A stretch of 63,204 nt of DNA, filler included, from Octopus bimaculoides (lineage: Eukaryota), in NCBI RefSeq assembly GCF_001194135.2. It is 4 parts of 3 records of this genome, joined end to end, with 100 filler letters (N's around TTAATTAATTAA, not from the genome) between each part and the next. Parts side by side here need not be neighbours in the genome. Positions count along the whole stretch, not along the records: positions 31,818 to 44,807 come from NC_068983.1; positions 44,908 to 63,204 come from NC_068988.1; 2 more parts are not named here. One strand, written 5' to 3'. The notes under the pieces were generated by a model, which was not told the origin of the DNA, did no database searches, and saw only the letters and a list, made by a program, of their open reading frames with translations. This document shows positions 36,701-50,260 of this stretch, piece by piece (position 1 is the first letter of the stretch; the number at the start of each line of letters is the position of its first letter). Both the position numbers and the translations under genes were made by a program.

Positions 36701-37228
36701 GGCGATTTATTACGAAACCATGGTGTAGATTTCTTTATTTAAATACCACCACATAAGTTCTAAAGGTGTATTTAATCTTCCAGAATGATTTTGTTGCTAG
36801 CACTTAGGCTGGAATGCTTGCATAGCGAAAAACTTTTAGTAGAATATGTCTTGTAAACGACAAATGATATTTGACACAATAGCAAATATAACATCATTAT
36901 TATATTAAGAACAACTTCTCTGTCAAACAGTTTCTTGGAGGCAAATTCTCAATTCGTTTTTCATTCTTTGTAGTTTGCTCTCAATAGGAAATGGCATATG
37001 GACACATTGTTTGTATTCGTCAACACTGATGTACCACCAGACGCATTGTAGTTGATGTTTGTGTCAATCTTGTATGTGTACGTTCAGATTAAAGGATGAA
37101 GGAAGTAATAACGATATATATATATATCAGTGTGCGTGTGTGTGTATGTGCATGCGTGCGTACGTCTGTATGTACGTGTACACGTTCAAAAAGACACGAA
37201 CTCATATGTAGACATATGTATACGTATC

Positions 37229-37281
<53 letters not shown>

Positions 37282-38331
37282 GCATATATATATNNNNNNN
37301 NNNNNNNNNNNNNNNNNNNNNNNNNNNNNNNNNNNNNNNNNNNNNNNNNNNNNNNNNNNNNNNNNNNNNNNNNNNNNNNNNNNNNNNNNNNNNNNNNNNN
37401 NNNNNNNNNNNNNNNNNNNNNNNNNNNNNNNNNNNNNNNNNNNNNNNNNNNNNNNNNNNNNNNNNNNNNNNNNNNNNNNNNNNNNNNNNNNNNNNNNNNN
37501 NNNNNNNNNNNNNNNNNNNNNNNNNNNNNNNNNNNNNNNNNNNNNNNNNNNNNNNNNNNNNNNNNNNNNNNNNNNNNNNNNNNNNNNNNNNNNNNNNNNN
37601 NNNNNNNNNNNNNNNNNNNNNNNNNNNNNNNNNNNNNNNNNNNNNNNNNNNNNNNNNNNNNNNNNNNNNNNNNNNNNNNNNNNNNNNNNNNNNNNNNNNN
37701 NNNNNNNNNNNNNNNNNNNNNNNNNNNNNNNNNNNNNNNNNNNNNATACACATACATATATACATATGGTACACCACTTAGAAAACAACACACATACACA
37801 CACAGATATATGTGTGTATGTGTGTTTGCGTGTGTGCTTGTGTGTGTGTGCGTGCGCATTTGTGTATAGACATACATAAGAGAGATAGAGTGCAATGAGA
37901 CACAGAGATACATATTAAATCTATTGAATGATCTGTTGTTATAGATAATAGAGCTTAATTACCTAATTGCAATAATATAATTTCCACTGCCAAAGAAATG
38001 AATGTGTTTGTTAGATCTGTTTCAACTTTTAGCTGTTCTTGCATTACAATGAACCAACGATTGCTTCATAACGTGAAATTAATATATTTCGCTTGAAAAA
38101 CAAGTGATTTATATCCCATGGCAAGACAGAGCGCAATGATTACGCTAGTAATGAATATTTAGTTAAAACCGGCTTTCAATAAAATGTAACCATCTCATAT
38201 TTATCTGATATTGTTAGAGCCAACTCTATAGATATATAGTGTGTGTTTGATTTTAAGCGCGTGTATGTGCGTGTGCTTGAGACTGCGTGTGCGTACGTGT
38301 ACGTGTGTGACTGTGTATGTGTATGTGTTTC

Positions 38332-38362
<31 letters not shown>

Positions 38363-38830
38363 GTGTGTGTTTGCGTATGTGTGTGTGTATGAATGCAGAA
38401 AGTACTGCGTTGTTTGTTGTGGACAAATGTTTCTGCTCCTGAGGCTCATTTTCCACACATGCGTTTCGACTGTATTAATTGTGTAGACGCGAACTGTCTT
38501 CAGTTTTTATTCAGTCAACAATTTCACCTTTTCTTGTCATTGTGATTTGTACTATTGCTATTCTTCTTGATCGTCAACAATGGCCACTTATTTATAGCCC
38601 AGCAACTTTTGTGGCAGACACAGTCTACTTGCTCAATAATGGTGCACGCTTACGACATTGTGGTAATGGTGGACAGATGATGAATTGGGAGAGGAACATG
38701 ACTGCAAACGTTGTGTTTATGTCCATTGTTATTTCCCATATGTTTCTTTGTGTCACATTTTCATTATATATATATATATTAACAAACACACACATACACA
38801 CACACACACACTCACACACACACACACACA

Positions 38831-38862
<32 letters not shown>

Positions 38863-39165
38863 NNNNNNNNNNNNNNNNNNNNNNNNNNNNNNNNNNNNNN
38901 NNNNNNNNNNNNNNNNNNNNNNNNNNNNNNNNNNNNNNNNNNNNNNNNNNNNNNNNNNNNNNNNNNNNNNNNNNNNNNNNNNNNNNNNNNNNNNNNNNNN
39001 NNNNNNNNNNNNNNNNNNNNNNNNNNNNNNNNNNNNNNNNNNNNNNNNNNNNNNNNNNNNNNNNNNNNNNNNNNNNNNNNNNNNNNNNNNNNNNNNNNNN
39101 NNNNNNNNNNNNNNNNNNNNNNNNNNNNNNNNNNNNNNNNNNNNNNNNNNNNNNNNNNNNNNNNN

Positions 39166-39234
<69 letters not shown>

Positions 39235-40742
39235 AGAGAGAGAGAGAAAAGAGAGAGAGAGACACATATACGCGCATGCATCTATGTGTATATACTTATA
39301 TATATATATAAGTTTGTGTGTGTATGTGTATTGGTTTGTGTATGCGTGTGTGTATGTGTGCGTTTGCCTGTGCATGTTTTGTCCATCGCATATACAACAG
39401 ATGTTGCTTTGTTTACATCTCTGGAACTTAGCGATTCGACAAAAAATCGGTAAAATAAGCACCAGCCTTTAAAAATAAACATTAGGATCATTTGGTTCCT
39501 ACCAACACTTTCAAAGCTGTTCTGCAGCCAACCGCAGTTAGTTCGTGTCTGAGAGCATTCCGCAATGTGCTGCAGGGTATAGACACTACGCAGCCTGTTT
39601 GAAGTATTTAGACAGAATAACAGCGAACTATAAGTAATTGTATGATGAAGTACTGCCTGAACCATTTTCTACGTTAGTGATTCTGCGGTTGTCATCGGTA
39701 TTTAGAATTGTAAATGGTCTCTTGCCATGTTTTTCTTCCTTGAACATGCACCTGCGCGCCCGCACTCTCTCTCTCTCTCTCATACACACGTATGTATATG
39801 CGTTCTACATGTATTTATCGTATATACATAAAATGTGTATGTGTACGTGTGCATGTCTGTAAATTTGTATGTGTGTATATGTTTGTGAGCGGGTTTATGT
39901 ATATACGAGTGTGTGCTTGTGTCATTGCATGCGCGTGTTATTGAGTGTACGTGTCTTTGTGTGCGTACCATTGCGTGGGTGTGTGTCTGTCTGCATTTCT
40001 GTTTAATCTTATGGATGTCTTTTGCTGAACTAATTTCATTAAATGCTCATGAATGCTAGAAATTAAGAAAAACGGGTCTTCCGCAGTAGCCATGTTAAAT
40101 CATTTCTCTCGGAGGTAGCAAAGAAAAATCTGAAAGTCATTTCTCGCTTGAAGTTTGAATACTATTCTTTTTGCTGCAATGGACATCAAAGACACGGGGA
40201 CACATAAACATCTGGTCAACTCATTCCCGTAGACTTTTACAAATGTAGTTGCAAGCAGAAGGTGAAAATCGATATGTACTAAAATTTGAGAGGAATTGAC
40301 GTTACATCTACTTTATATATATATATATATATATATATNNNNNNNNNNNNNNNNNNNNNNNNNNNNNNNNNNNNNNNNNNNNNNNNNNNNNNNNNNNNNN
40401 NNNNNNNNNNNNNNNNNNNNNNNNNNNNNNNNNNNNNNNNNNNNNNNNNNNNNNNNNNNNNNNNNNNNNNNNNNNNNNNNNNNNNNNNNNNNNNNNNNNN
40501 NNNNNNNNNNNNNNNNNNNNNNNNNNNNNNNNNNNNNNNNNNNNNNNNNNNNNNNNNNNNNNNNNNNNNNNNNNNNNNNNNNNNNNNNNNNNNNNNNNNN
40601 NNNNNNNNNNNNNNNNNNNNNNNNNNNNNNNNNNNNNNNNNNNNNNNNNNNNNNNNNNNNNNNNNNNNNNNNNNNNNNNNNNNNNNNNNNNNNNNNNNNN
40701 NNNNNNNNNNNNNNNNNNNNNNNNNNNNNNNNNNNNNNNNNN

Positions 40743-40793
<51 letters not shown>

Positions 40794-40823
40794 CGTGTGT
40801 GTGCGTGTCTGTGTGTGTGTGTT

Positions 40824-41038
40824 TAGTAATACCTCACGATATCGCGATTTACTTATCGCGGTTTATTATTTAAGTTTACATCAATTCCTCAGTGGCATTG
40901 TTTTGCATTTATAATAAGAAATATAAAATTTATAAAAATAATAGAAAAAATATACAGTACTGTTTCTACTTTATGGATATTCAACTATCGCGGGGAGTTT
41001 TAGAACGTAACACCCGCGATAGTCGAAGGATTACTGTA
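40824..41038. mobile_element. Tigger/pogo-like MITE
   Basis: Right end CGCGATAGTCGAAGGATTACTG-TA; left end TAGTAATACCTCACGATATCGCG; subterminal perfect inverted repeat ACTATCGCGGG(40984-94)/CCCGCGATAGT(41013-23). Confidence 0.65.
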
Positions 41039-41637
41039 TGTGTGCGTGTGTATGTGTGTTGTGTGTGTGTGTACATATACATACCACACACACACGAAAT
41101 CTAAAGAGACACACAAAGTGAAAGAGGTTTAGAGATGGATACAGACAGATTAATTGATAAATCCTCGCTCCTCGTTTCTTGAGCTATTTTTCATAAACTA
41201 CTGCACGGGGACTGAATAAGTAGCTGCCGTTAGTAGGATAAAACAATCTTGATTTAAATATTTCCAATTATTATCTACTTACGAACTTGTTTTCTGTCGC
41301 CAGAAAGAAAAGAAAATTTGATCAGAAAGGAAAATAATAAATATATCTTAAAGCGCTCCAGTCTGAGTGGTTAAAGTGACCCAACCAAGAGCAGCAGGCA
41401 ATTTGCCAACGTTTCTTCCACTTGATTTATATTAATGCATTAAAGCTATTTGCAATACCTGCCTTTGTTTTTGTTTTTGATTTTTTTTATGCGTATGTTT
41501 CAGGACATTAAATGTATTCACTTATGTGTGTGGGTAATGCATATACGGTTGCCTATACGTGTCTGGATAGACACACACACACAGACATACACACACAGAC
41601 ATACACACACACATACGTAGACATTTCTAGCTATCGG

Positions 41638-41689
<52 letters not shown>

Positions 41690-41720
41690 CATACGNNNNN
41701 NNNNNNNNNNNNNNNNNNNN

Positions 41721-41812
<92 letters not shown>

Positions 41813-42399
41813 ATACATACATGATCACTCATTCACAAACACACACATATATATAGGCACATGCACACACACATATATGCATATGCTTATACATATGCTT
41901 GCACGTATGAGGCGGGGTTGGGGCCGTGTACGTGCGTGTGTACTCACACACAAGCAGCGCAGCATGCCTAGAGACACATAGACACTTTCGCAGTTATATT
42001 TTCAGTATGTGTATGCAACAGTAATTTCCTTACTTAATCAATACATTTGAAAGGCATTGATTTTTCCTTTTTACTGAATTTGCATCTCTCTAATGATTGC
42101 CATAAATCAACTCGATATCTTTATTCATACAGTCTACATGTTCCGAATATATATTATTTTAATTTTGAAATACGGACCAGATTTAATGAAATATCTAATT
42201 TATATACTTTAACTAAACTGCCAACACTTGATACAATATATGAGTTTGATGTGGTTTTCAATAAACGTAGTGACTGACATAGAATTAGTTATTACATCAA
42301 GTTATGAGGCTGTTGCTGGAGCTGAAGTGATAAGTATAGCATATAATACCGCTGCAGTTAATAGTGCCGAAGGGTAGAAAGCTTTTAAGAAAAAATCCT

Positions 42400-42800
42400 G
42401 TCAGGCTTCGTGTTTTTTGAAAGAGAGCAGAGAGGATTAGAAAACGGAAGTAATTATTGGATCAGAAGAAATGAATTTAAAGTGCAAAAGAAGGGTGCAT
42501 GGGGGTAAAAGTCATTGAGGGGAGTTGGTGGGTAGGAAGAAGGCCGTCCAAAAGGCAACTCTGCCTTCGGGTGACGTGGCATATGTGTGGAGTTCGGAGG
42601 AATTTCGTGATGAGAAGGCAGTTCATGCGTGAATAATTTGAGACGAGGAAACTCTGAGGTAGAAGTCTCATAAGTGCTTTATAATAAAGACACCTTGAAA
42701 ACGTGAGAGTTCTCGATAGTGTGTCTAATTTCTGAATTGCTTTATAAATGGATGAAACAAGATGTCGTATAAGGAAGGATATCGTCACCAAATGCATTGC
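42400..42800 (-). mobile_element. possible Penelope-like ORF N-terminal fragment
   Basis: TLTFSRCLYYK...LLPQSF...TPHICH loosely resembles the HxxFLxRCLxxKxxPxGF segment upstream of Penelope-like RTs. The match is weak. Confidence 0.35.
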
Positions 42801-42998
42801 GTTCGGAATAATACAAAAATATTCTGTAAAATCGTGGAAACATTTTACCTCGTAGACCTACGTTCATTTGTAAGCCCTAACCCAGAATAACGTTTTAGAT
42901 ATTAATGCCGATCATACTGTCAGACTACCGCCACTTGGCATATATATACTTGTAGCAAAGTAGTGTTGTGTGTCTGTATATAGACTCACACACACATA

Positions 42999-43040
<42 letters not shown>

Positions 43041-43339
43041 NNNNNNNNNNTATGTGTGTGTGAGTTTGTGTTTATATACGTGAGTGTTTGTATGTAAATA
43101 CATGCATGTGCATTTATATATATAAATGTACATATAAGCATTGTGTTAATTCGTGCCCCCCAGCTCAACTATATTTTCAAATCTGCTGGAATTCTATGTT
43201 CCCGTAGTTCTCAGCGTTGTCCCTTTCTCAATTACGTCTATTTTACCTCTTCTCTTTTCTCTTCCATTTTCATAACCATTTTCTCTCACTCCCACTTGTC
43301 CCAGTATATTCACTCTCTAATGGTAGTAGACGTTTTAGA

Positions 43340-43805
43340 GCGGTGAGCTGGCAGAATCGTTAGCAAGCCGAGCAAAAATGGTTAGCGGCACTTCCTCTGT
43401 CTTCACGTTCTGAGTTCTAATTCCGCTCAGATCAATTTGCCTGTCATATTTTCGGAGTCGATAAAATAGGTACTAATTGAATACTCTGGCTCAATGTAAT
43501 CGATTTTCCCCCTGCTTCGAAATTACTGGCCTTAGGCCAGCATTTGAATTCAATATTAGCAGACATTTTAGGGCGGCACACCGGACTAAATGCCTAGCAG
43601 CATATCGTCCTTTGGGAACATTCGGCCGGGGTCTACTTTACCGCTCATCCTTTAGGGCCGTGGTCTACTTTACCGCTCATCCTTTAGGGCCGTGGTCTAC
43701 TTTACCGCTCATCCTTCAGTACCAGCTGAACCTTGGGCTCGATATAATCGACTTGCTCCTTGCAATGAAATTGCTGGCCTTGTGTCAACATAAGTAACCA
43801 ATATT
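43340..43805 (+). mobile_element. two tandem family A SINEs; the second has a triplicated 32-bp core unit
   Basis: Head GGTGAGCTGGCAGAATCGTTAGC at 43343. The unit GTCTACTTTACCGCTCATCCTT starts at 43631, 43663 and 43695. Confidence 0.75.
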
Positions 43806-44184
43806 ATTAGACATTTACTTTCTCACAAATTCTCTGCCTGAAACGTTCGACTTATCTACTTGCAAAATTGCGTTTACAAACAAGCTCATATTTGCCGCCG
43901 CAGGTCAGAACTAGCATCGACATACAATAATTTAATCTGAGTTGTGTAGAAATGATTTACTTGTTAAACACCAACAAAATATTGACCACAATCCATGAAC
44001 TGCTGTTTCAACACAGTTTACAGTCAAAACCCATTGTTTTTATTCATGATAACGAAATGCATTTGTTATGCTGCCAGAACATGCCAACATATATTATCGA
44101 CTCAGCAGACTATATATTTCTGTTTGGCAAGGTAGTGGCCGAATGATGATGATGATGATAAAAATAATAATAACAATAATAATA

Positions 44185-44220
<36 letters not shown>

Positions 44221-44807
44221 TAATGGCCAATTTATATAAAAGCTAATCACGTTAGATGTTTATCCACATTGCTTGCATTACAATAAACGTCCCACTAAAC
44301 AGGTTTTCAGCAAAAAGAGAATGACGTATAAAAATAAATTTCAAATGTCTGTAGTGAAATAGTGCAACTTTGTTTCATTTCCAACATCTATTATGTTATA
44401 TTCAAGGGCAGGTATTTGCAAGTTTAAGGATATGGACTATTGAATCATGCAGATCGCAAATTGCATCAACAGCGATGACAAAGTTATGTATGTGATATCA
44501 AAGCATAAGGAGATATTATACATTTCTTAGAATCATTAAATCATGTATGGCCTTTTGTGAATGTGCTAACGTCCAAGAAATCGCATTTCGAATCATTTAT
44601 TTCACAAGGACAAAAACTGAAATGCACCACTTGACCACTGCAAACATAAATGCATATATACATAGATATACACACATGTGTGCATATTTCGATCTATCTA
44701 TCTATCTATCTATCTTTCTAATTCGCTAATCCGGTTCCTGTAAACCTGCCGCGCTAAGAGCGAAGCGTTCAGTTTCCAGTAACATAGGCAGGGTCCCGGT
44801 TACTGGA

Positions 44808-44907
44808 NNNNNNNNNNNNNNNNNNNNNNNNNNNNNNNNNNNNNNNNNNNNTTAATTAATTAANNNNNNNNNNNNNNNNNNNNNNNNNNNNNNNNNNNNN
44901 NNNNNNN
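44808..44907. other. artificial scaffold spacer N44-TTAATTAATTAA-N44
   Basis: Same geometry as the other two spacers. Confidence 0.97.
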
Positions 44908-47130
44908 TATATATATAAAGTGAAAGTGATCTTGCCCTGAGTAGTGGAATACCCAACGTTTTGAATTAATCGTTCGTGAAGGAGCAGGGAAAAAGACAAG
45001 AAAATGAAAATTCAAACAGATTTTACATCCTCCCAGTTTGAAAAAACCGCCTGTAATTCTGGACTCAAAGTAACACGGGCTGCAACCGTGAAACAACGCT
45101 ATAGGACAGGCGGTGCAGAAAGTAGAAAGAAAAGGGGATGGATAAGGGTTATATGATAAAGTGTTGTTAAATAATTTATATAGATTCAAATACATATAAT
45201 TTGTGTAGCTGTGATAAAATATTTGTACACTATATTAATGTGGAAAATTTCTTTTGAAATCTAACGTACATTTCAAATGCTATGACTTTTTTTTTATCTG
45301 CGAAGTCCATAAAATCGTTTATCGCTATAATTTATTTTAATGGAGTAAGAAGAATTCATATAAACTTGTGTATATTTAGCACATATGTTGCTTTCTAGCA
45401 GCATGGGGTGTTACATATCTATATACAATTTTTTGTGACACAGTAACCAAACACAACCCTTCCTGACACAGGTAAAAAAAAATTAAACATTAAAAATTGT
45501 CTCGATAACATATAAAATTATTTCTTAGGATGATATTTCTAAGTTTATAGAATTTAATTTGAACATGAAGTCAGCAATTTTATGATTTCACATTTGAACC
45601 AATGTATAAAAGCTGTATTTGAAATGGCATTATTTACCTATCATTAGTGCATATTATTTAAAAAAGAAAAACGATGTCTATCGAAGATGGTTTTACTAGA
45701 TACACTGCAATATAATAAAGTTAATCGCTTTAAAGAGCAAGAAATTAACTGCGTACTAGTATCTGGACACCAACACGTGATGCTTAGATGAAAGCACATT
45801 AATTTACCAAATACTTGGAGGCATTTTTGTTTGATCTTGAGTTCATCTCTGCAATGAAAACAACATTCTGAAAGAATGCGCAAGAAGAGCACCATTGCTC
45901 AGGTCCAGCATTTCAGTTGTTACAAAAAATTTAAGTTAATATCGGCGATATGTAGCGACAGGCATACACTAAGAGGCAAACAGACAGAGAAAGAGAGAGG
46001 GGGAAGGTGGATGCATGCGTTTGTGAGGGAGAGGCATAATTATTTCCCATTTTAGAAATCACTCTTCGTTCTACTGCATGTTGATGTGTATATTAAGGAA
46101 AAATCGTCCAATACATTTCTTTTATACTATACCAGGAGTAATCTTTCTCCTTTGTTCACATTTCTATCTTTGAAAATGATGTAATACCTACATATCTCAT
46201 ATTTGATATTAATAATTCATTGTGATGTTTCCCATGTTAGAGCCATTATAAACAATGATATGGATTTGAGTGTATATTATACACAGCTCCATTATATATT
46301 GACCATCATAAGTATTATTCGGAAGGTATAAAGTATCCATATTCATCATTGTTTCGTTCAAATTTTACTTTCTAAAAATATCTCCTCCAATAATTATATG
46401 TGATCATATTTTTCGGAGTAATAAGTGAAAAAAATAGAGAGATCGTAGTCAGGCAGCCAATTCTTAGATATATTAATCTTTGTACACTCAATTCATTCTA
46501 AGAAAAAAAAAAAGAAACAAGAATTGAGAAACTTTGCAAACTGAGTAGCGTTACAATATCATTGGTTAAAGCAGGATTATGAAGGGGATATAAAAATTTA
46601 CTCCCTCAATTATACCAAAGATATTTACGGGTTCTTTAGTAGGTGACCTAGCATAAATGAACACATTATATATATATATATATATATAACTTTAATTACT
46701 TCCATAATCTTCTTATAGTTATCTCTAGAGTTTCTATACTTTAGCATGATTTATAATACTACTAAAATTCAAGCCTAAATATATTATATATTACATACTG
46801 GGGGAGTGGAACAGGCAAATGTACGTTAATGTTTCATAAATTGATGAATCTCTTGATGTAAGAGTCATTAGGCTTAGCTCAATAAAAGGAAGGTACCTAT
46901 ATCACTCGGAATTACTCAGTCTACCCCACCGTAGAAACAATCAGCTTATCGAGTTTCCTCTCAAATTTGATATAGGAACATATGTAATTCAAGGCGGTGC
47001 ATCAGCATAGCCGCAGCTCTAAGCTGAAACTATAAACTAAACATGTCAATAAATTGTTATAGTTTCATATCGTATATTCACCAATCAGAACCCCGGATCG
47101 TGTGTATATGTATATATATATATATATATG

Positions 47131-47170
<40 letters not shown>

Positions 47171-47189
47171 AGTGTGTATATACATATAC

Positions 47190-47225
<36 letters not shown>

Positions 47226-47617
47226 NNNNNNNNNNNNNNNNNNNNNNNNNNNNNNNNNNNNNNNNNNNNNNNNNNNNNNNNNNNNNNNNNNNNNNNNNNN
47301 NNNNNNNNNNNNNNTATATAAGAATTCAATGAAGAATATAATTATTAAGCATGTACCGATAATAATGTGATAAAGTGATGAGAACTGACCATTTCAATAG
47401 TTATCAACAGTGCTTTGGCTATCTTAAAGATCTAATTTCGCGGCCGTCCCGATTCTAGATTCGAATAGGGTTCTATTTAAAGTTAATTCATTACTGTCTA
47501 ATTTTCATATAACTTTTTGTAGCCCAATTAGGAAACATAATAATTCAGTAGGTATCCTTAATTGTCTCGTTTACCTATTTCTGAATATTAAATTAATTAT
47601 ATATATATATGGAAAGT

Positions 47618-47668
47618 AGGGCGAAGAAAGCAGGGCGAAGAAAGCAGGGCGAAGAAAGCAGGTCGAAG
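47618..47668. repeat. 14-bp tandem repeat (AGGGCGAAGAAAGC x3 plus a partial unit)
   Basis: Units start at 47618, 47632, 47646 and 47660 (partial). Confidence 0.9.
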
Positions 47669-47937
47669 CGACCTGATTGAAATACCAAGGAACTAAGAAA
47701 CTACCGAATACCGAATAGCTACAAAAAGTCATGGCTTGTAGTGCGGCCAGTGAAAAAAAACACTAAAGATTACTTCCACTTAATTGTGTATTTGGTCCAA
47801 TTTCTGGATTGAAGCCTTAAAAACAAATACTTTTTTCCCTAGAATGAAAGATAAGAAATATTACAGTATGATTGAAAGATTGGGGAGGGGAAGTGGCAGG
47901 AGTAGTAGCGAAATATCCTCATGTAATACAACATATA

Positions 47938-48760
47938 TTTAAATTGATAAGGGTTTTCTGAGGATGTGGGCAGTACTTTTTAGCACAATCTTTTGGATTT
48001 CTTTGAGCCATGGTTCTCCTGGGATATTATCTAGATACTTACTTATCTAGACATTTACTTCATCCGTCAAATACTTACAAATGTATTTTTATCAGTGGAA
48101 CACTTACATCTATTAGTCTACAAGTATTTTCTTCCTTGTATTTGATGACTATGTCTGATCGATTAGTCGGGATCGTTCTGTAGGTGCTGACTGGAGAATT
48201 CCAGAGGATAGTGACAGTTTTATCATCAATGACTGTTTCAGGATGATGTTTATACCAGTAAGAAGGTGTGTGGATTTTGTAGCGTTTACATATTTTGTAA
48301 TGTAAAAGCTGTCCTAATCTATCGTGGCGATTGTTGTATTCGTTTAGTGTCAGCACAGGACATCTCGAGACGAGATGGTCCATTGTTTCATCAAATGTAT
48401 CGCAGAATTTTCATTTTGGATCAGAACGATTTCGAAGAACGTTAGCCTGGTAGATTTTGGTAAGCAAACTTTGGTCTTGTGCCGCCAATATGAAACCTTC
48501 AGTCTTTCTGGTTAATCCTGAGTTTCTCAGTTTTCTCTGGAAAGAAAGCGGTGATTACTTGTCATTTTCAACCAGGGTGGAGAATAAGGGATCCTTCATC
48601 TGTTGGAGAGTTCCTTTTATGTTAAAGCCCTCCTCTTTCTTCCGGGACTTATAGAATTTATCCCATTTTTTGTATTCCACCTGAAAAAATTTAGAATCTT
48701 TGCTCAATGGCAGCAACAAACATTTTCGAGGGAGTTTCAATCATGGATGTTAGAGGCGGA
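47938..48760 (-). mobile_element. decayed R4/Dong-clade LINE 3' region (zinc knuckle plus RLE)
   Basis: SGLTRKTEGFILAAQDQSL...DPK*KFCDTFDETMDHLVSRCPVL...RHDRL...NRSDIVI...IDVSVP, then EIQKIVLKSTAHILRKPLSI*. Same family as 16848-17082. Confidence 0.85.
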
Positions 48761-49339
48761 AGTCAGAGGAATGTCTTGTCACAAAAATGAGAGAGGGTGA
48801 CCGCTCTTCGCTTGTTGGCGTGATTACTAGACAGGCAAAACAAGATGACCGTCTCCATCACAAACAACAAATCCGACGTCACCATCACAGTCACCTCTGC
48901 TACGACCACTATGAACAACTTCAACATCAATAGCAGCAACAGTAACAAGAAATACAGCAACATCAATAGCAGCAGTAACAACAACAGCAACAGCAGCAGC
49001 GGCAGTACCAACAACATTACAACTGTAAAGCATCGATAGGAGAGAAAAATAAACAGTACAGCTACAATATAAATGATCACCCCCACGCTAGCAAGTAGCT
49101 TGGCTTCTTGGCTAAACGATATGAACATCGCCACGAACAAGTGTTGATTTGGCTCCGATTAATACCGACAACAAGAGAAACAGCACCAGCAGCGAAAATG
49201 ATATAGTCAACACAAGCAATAAGAGTAACGATAAAATACCATCTCCTTTACAGGAGTAACAAAATTTAAGGAGCAAATTTCCCTAGAAGGAAACATGTGT
49301 ACCTCAGTGAAGTAGAAACACTTCTCAATGGATGTGACA

Positions 49340-50260
49340 GGAAAACCAGTCAGGTATTCTTTTCAGATTTGATGGATGAGACGGCCAGAACATGTGTCGC
49401 TAAAGACGAGGAACATTTTCAATGCACCACACGTCCAAGTAGAAAGATGCTTCAAAGTCATTTGGACTGATATTGATTTTCACACACGAGGAAGTCAATG
49501 TGGTTCTGTGGAAATGAGGTTCTTCACGGAAGTTCTGCCCCCCTCCCCCCAAAAAACTCGATGGCCCAGTGCAATCACGAAGATCATATCATCTTCCTCT
49601 CATTCCTTAGATAGGAATAGTTTAGAAGGTGAACTAGTTAGCAAATCAGAAGTGACGATTAGAAAGGACATTGCTCCCGCTGTGTTAGCAGCGAGAATGG
49701 CTTTGACAACGAAGGTTGCATTGCCAGAGCTAAGACTCGTTCGTAAGAATAAACTAAAGCTGTCCGATGGGCCTGAAAATTGGAACCGTGACGTGGAAAC
49801 AAAACCATGATCAGGTCTTTGACTGATCGAGATGGGCACGTGCTACTCTGTTCCGAGTACAGGTGACCGATTTTTCAGCAGCACTTCGCGCAGCTGTGTG
49901 GAGAGGGCGACGGGTCGAGGACGGAATTGGATTTAGTTCGTAACTACACGGCTTCTTGCGGCTCTCGGTAACTGACGCGAGGTTATGTGAAAACCCGATA
50001 AAAGCCGATGGAATTCGGGATTGCACAACTCACAGACCGTCTGGATTGGATGGTCTGCTCTATGAATTCTATGTATTCATGACAGATTTGTTTGATAACC
50101 TCTTGGCAGACCTCTATAGCTACTGGCAACAGGAGAGGAGAATTCCTGGTGCTGTTAACAGAGGTATGGTGACATTGCTGAGACTACTACAACAAGTTGG
50201 CGCGTCTCTTATTTAAATTCGTGTGGAAGGAACGCGTTGCAATGGTCAGGCAGTCAGTCT
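49340..50260 (+). mobile_element. decayed, internally deleted Tx1/L1-group LINE ORF2
   Basis: RNSLEGELV...EGCIARAKTRS parallels KNRVEKDV...KRCIVRAKFRA in the 61463-62248 ORF. Also SGLDGLLYEFY...RIPGAVNRGMVTLLR and LFKFVWKER. Confidence 0.7.

Noticed and set aside
43631-43718. 32-bp repeats as a possible CRISPR array (also the 14-bp repeats at 47618)
   Set aside because: The units are contiguous with no spacers, they derive from a SINE core or simple repeat, and the context is eukaryotic with no cas genes.
48763-49140. Hydrophobic poly-L/V ORF resembling a membrane protein (also 28175-28567)
   Set aside because: It is a translation of degenerate CAA/CAG or CAT/CAC trinucleotide tracts.
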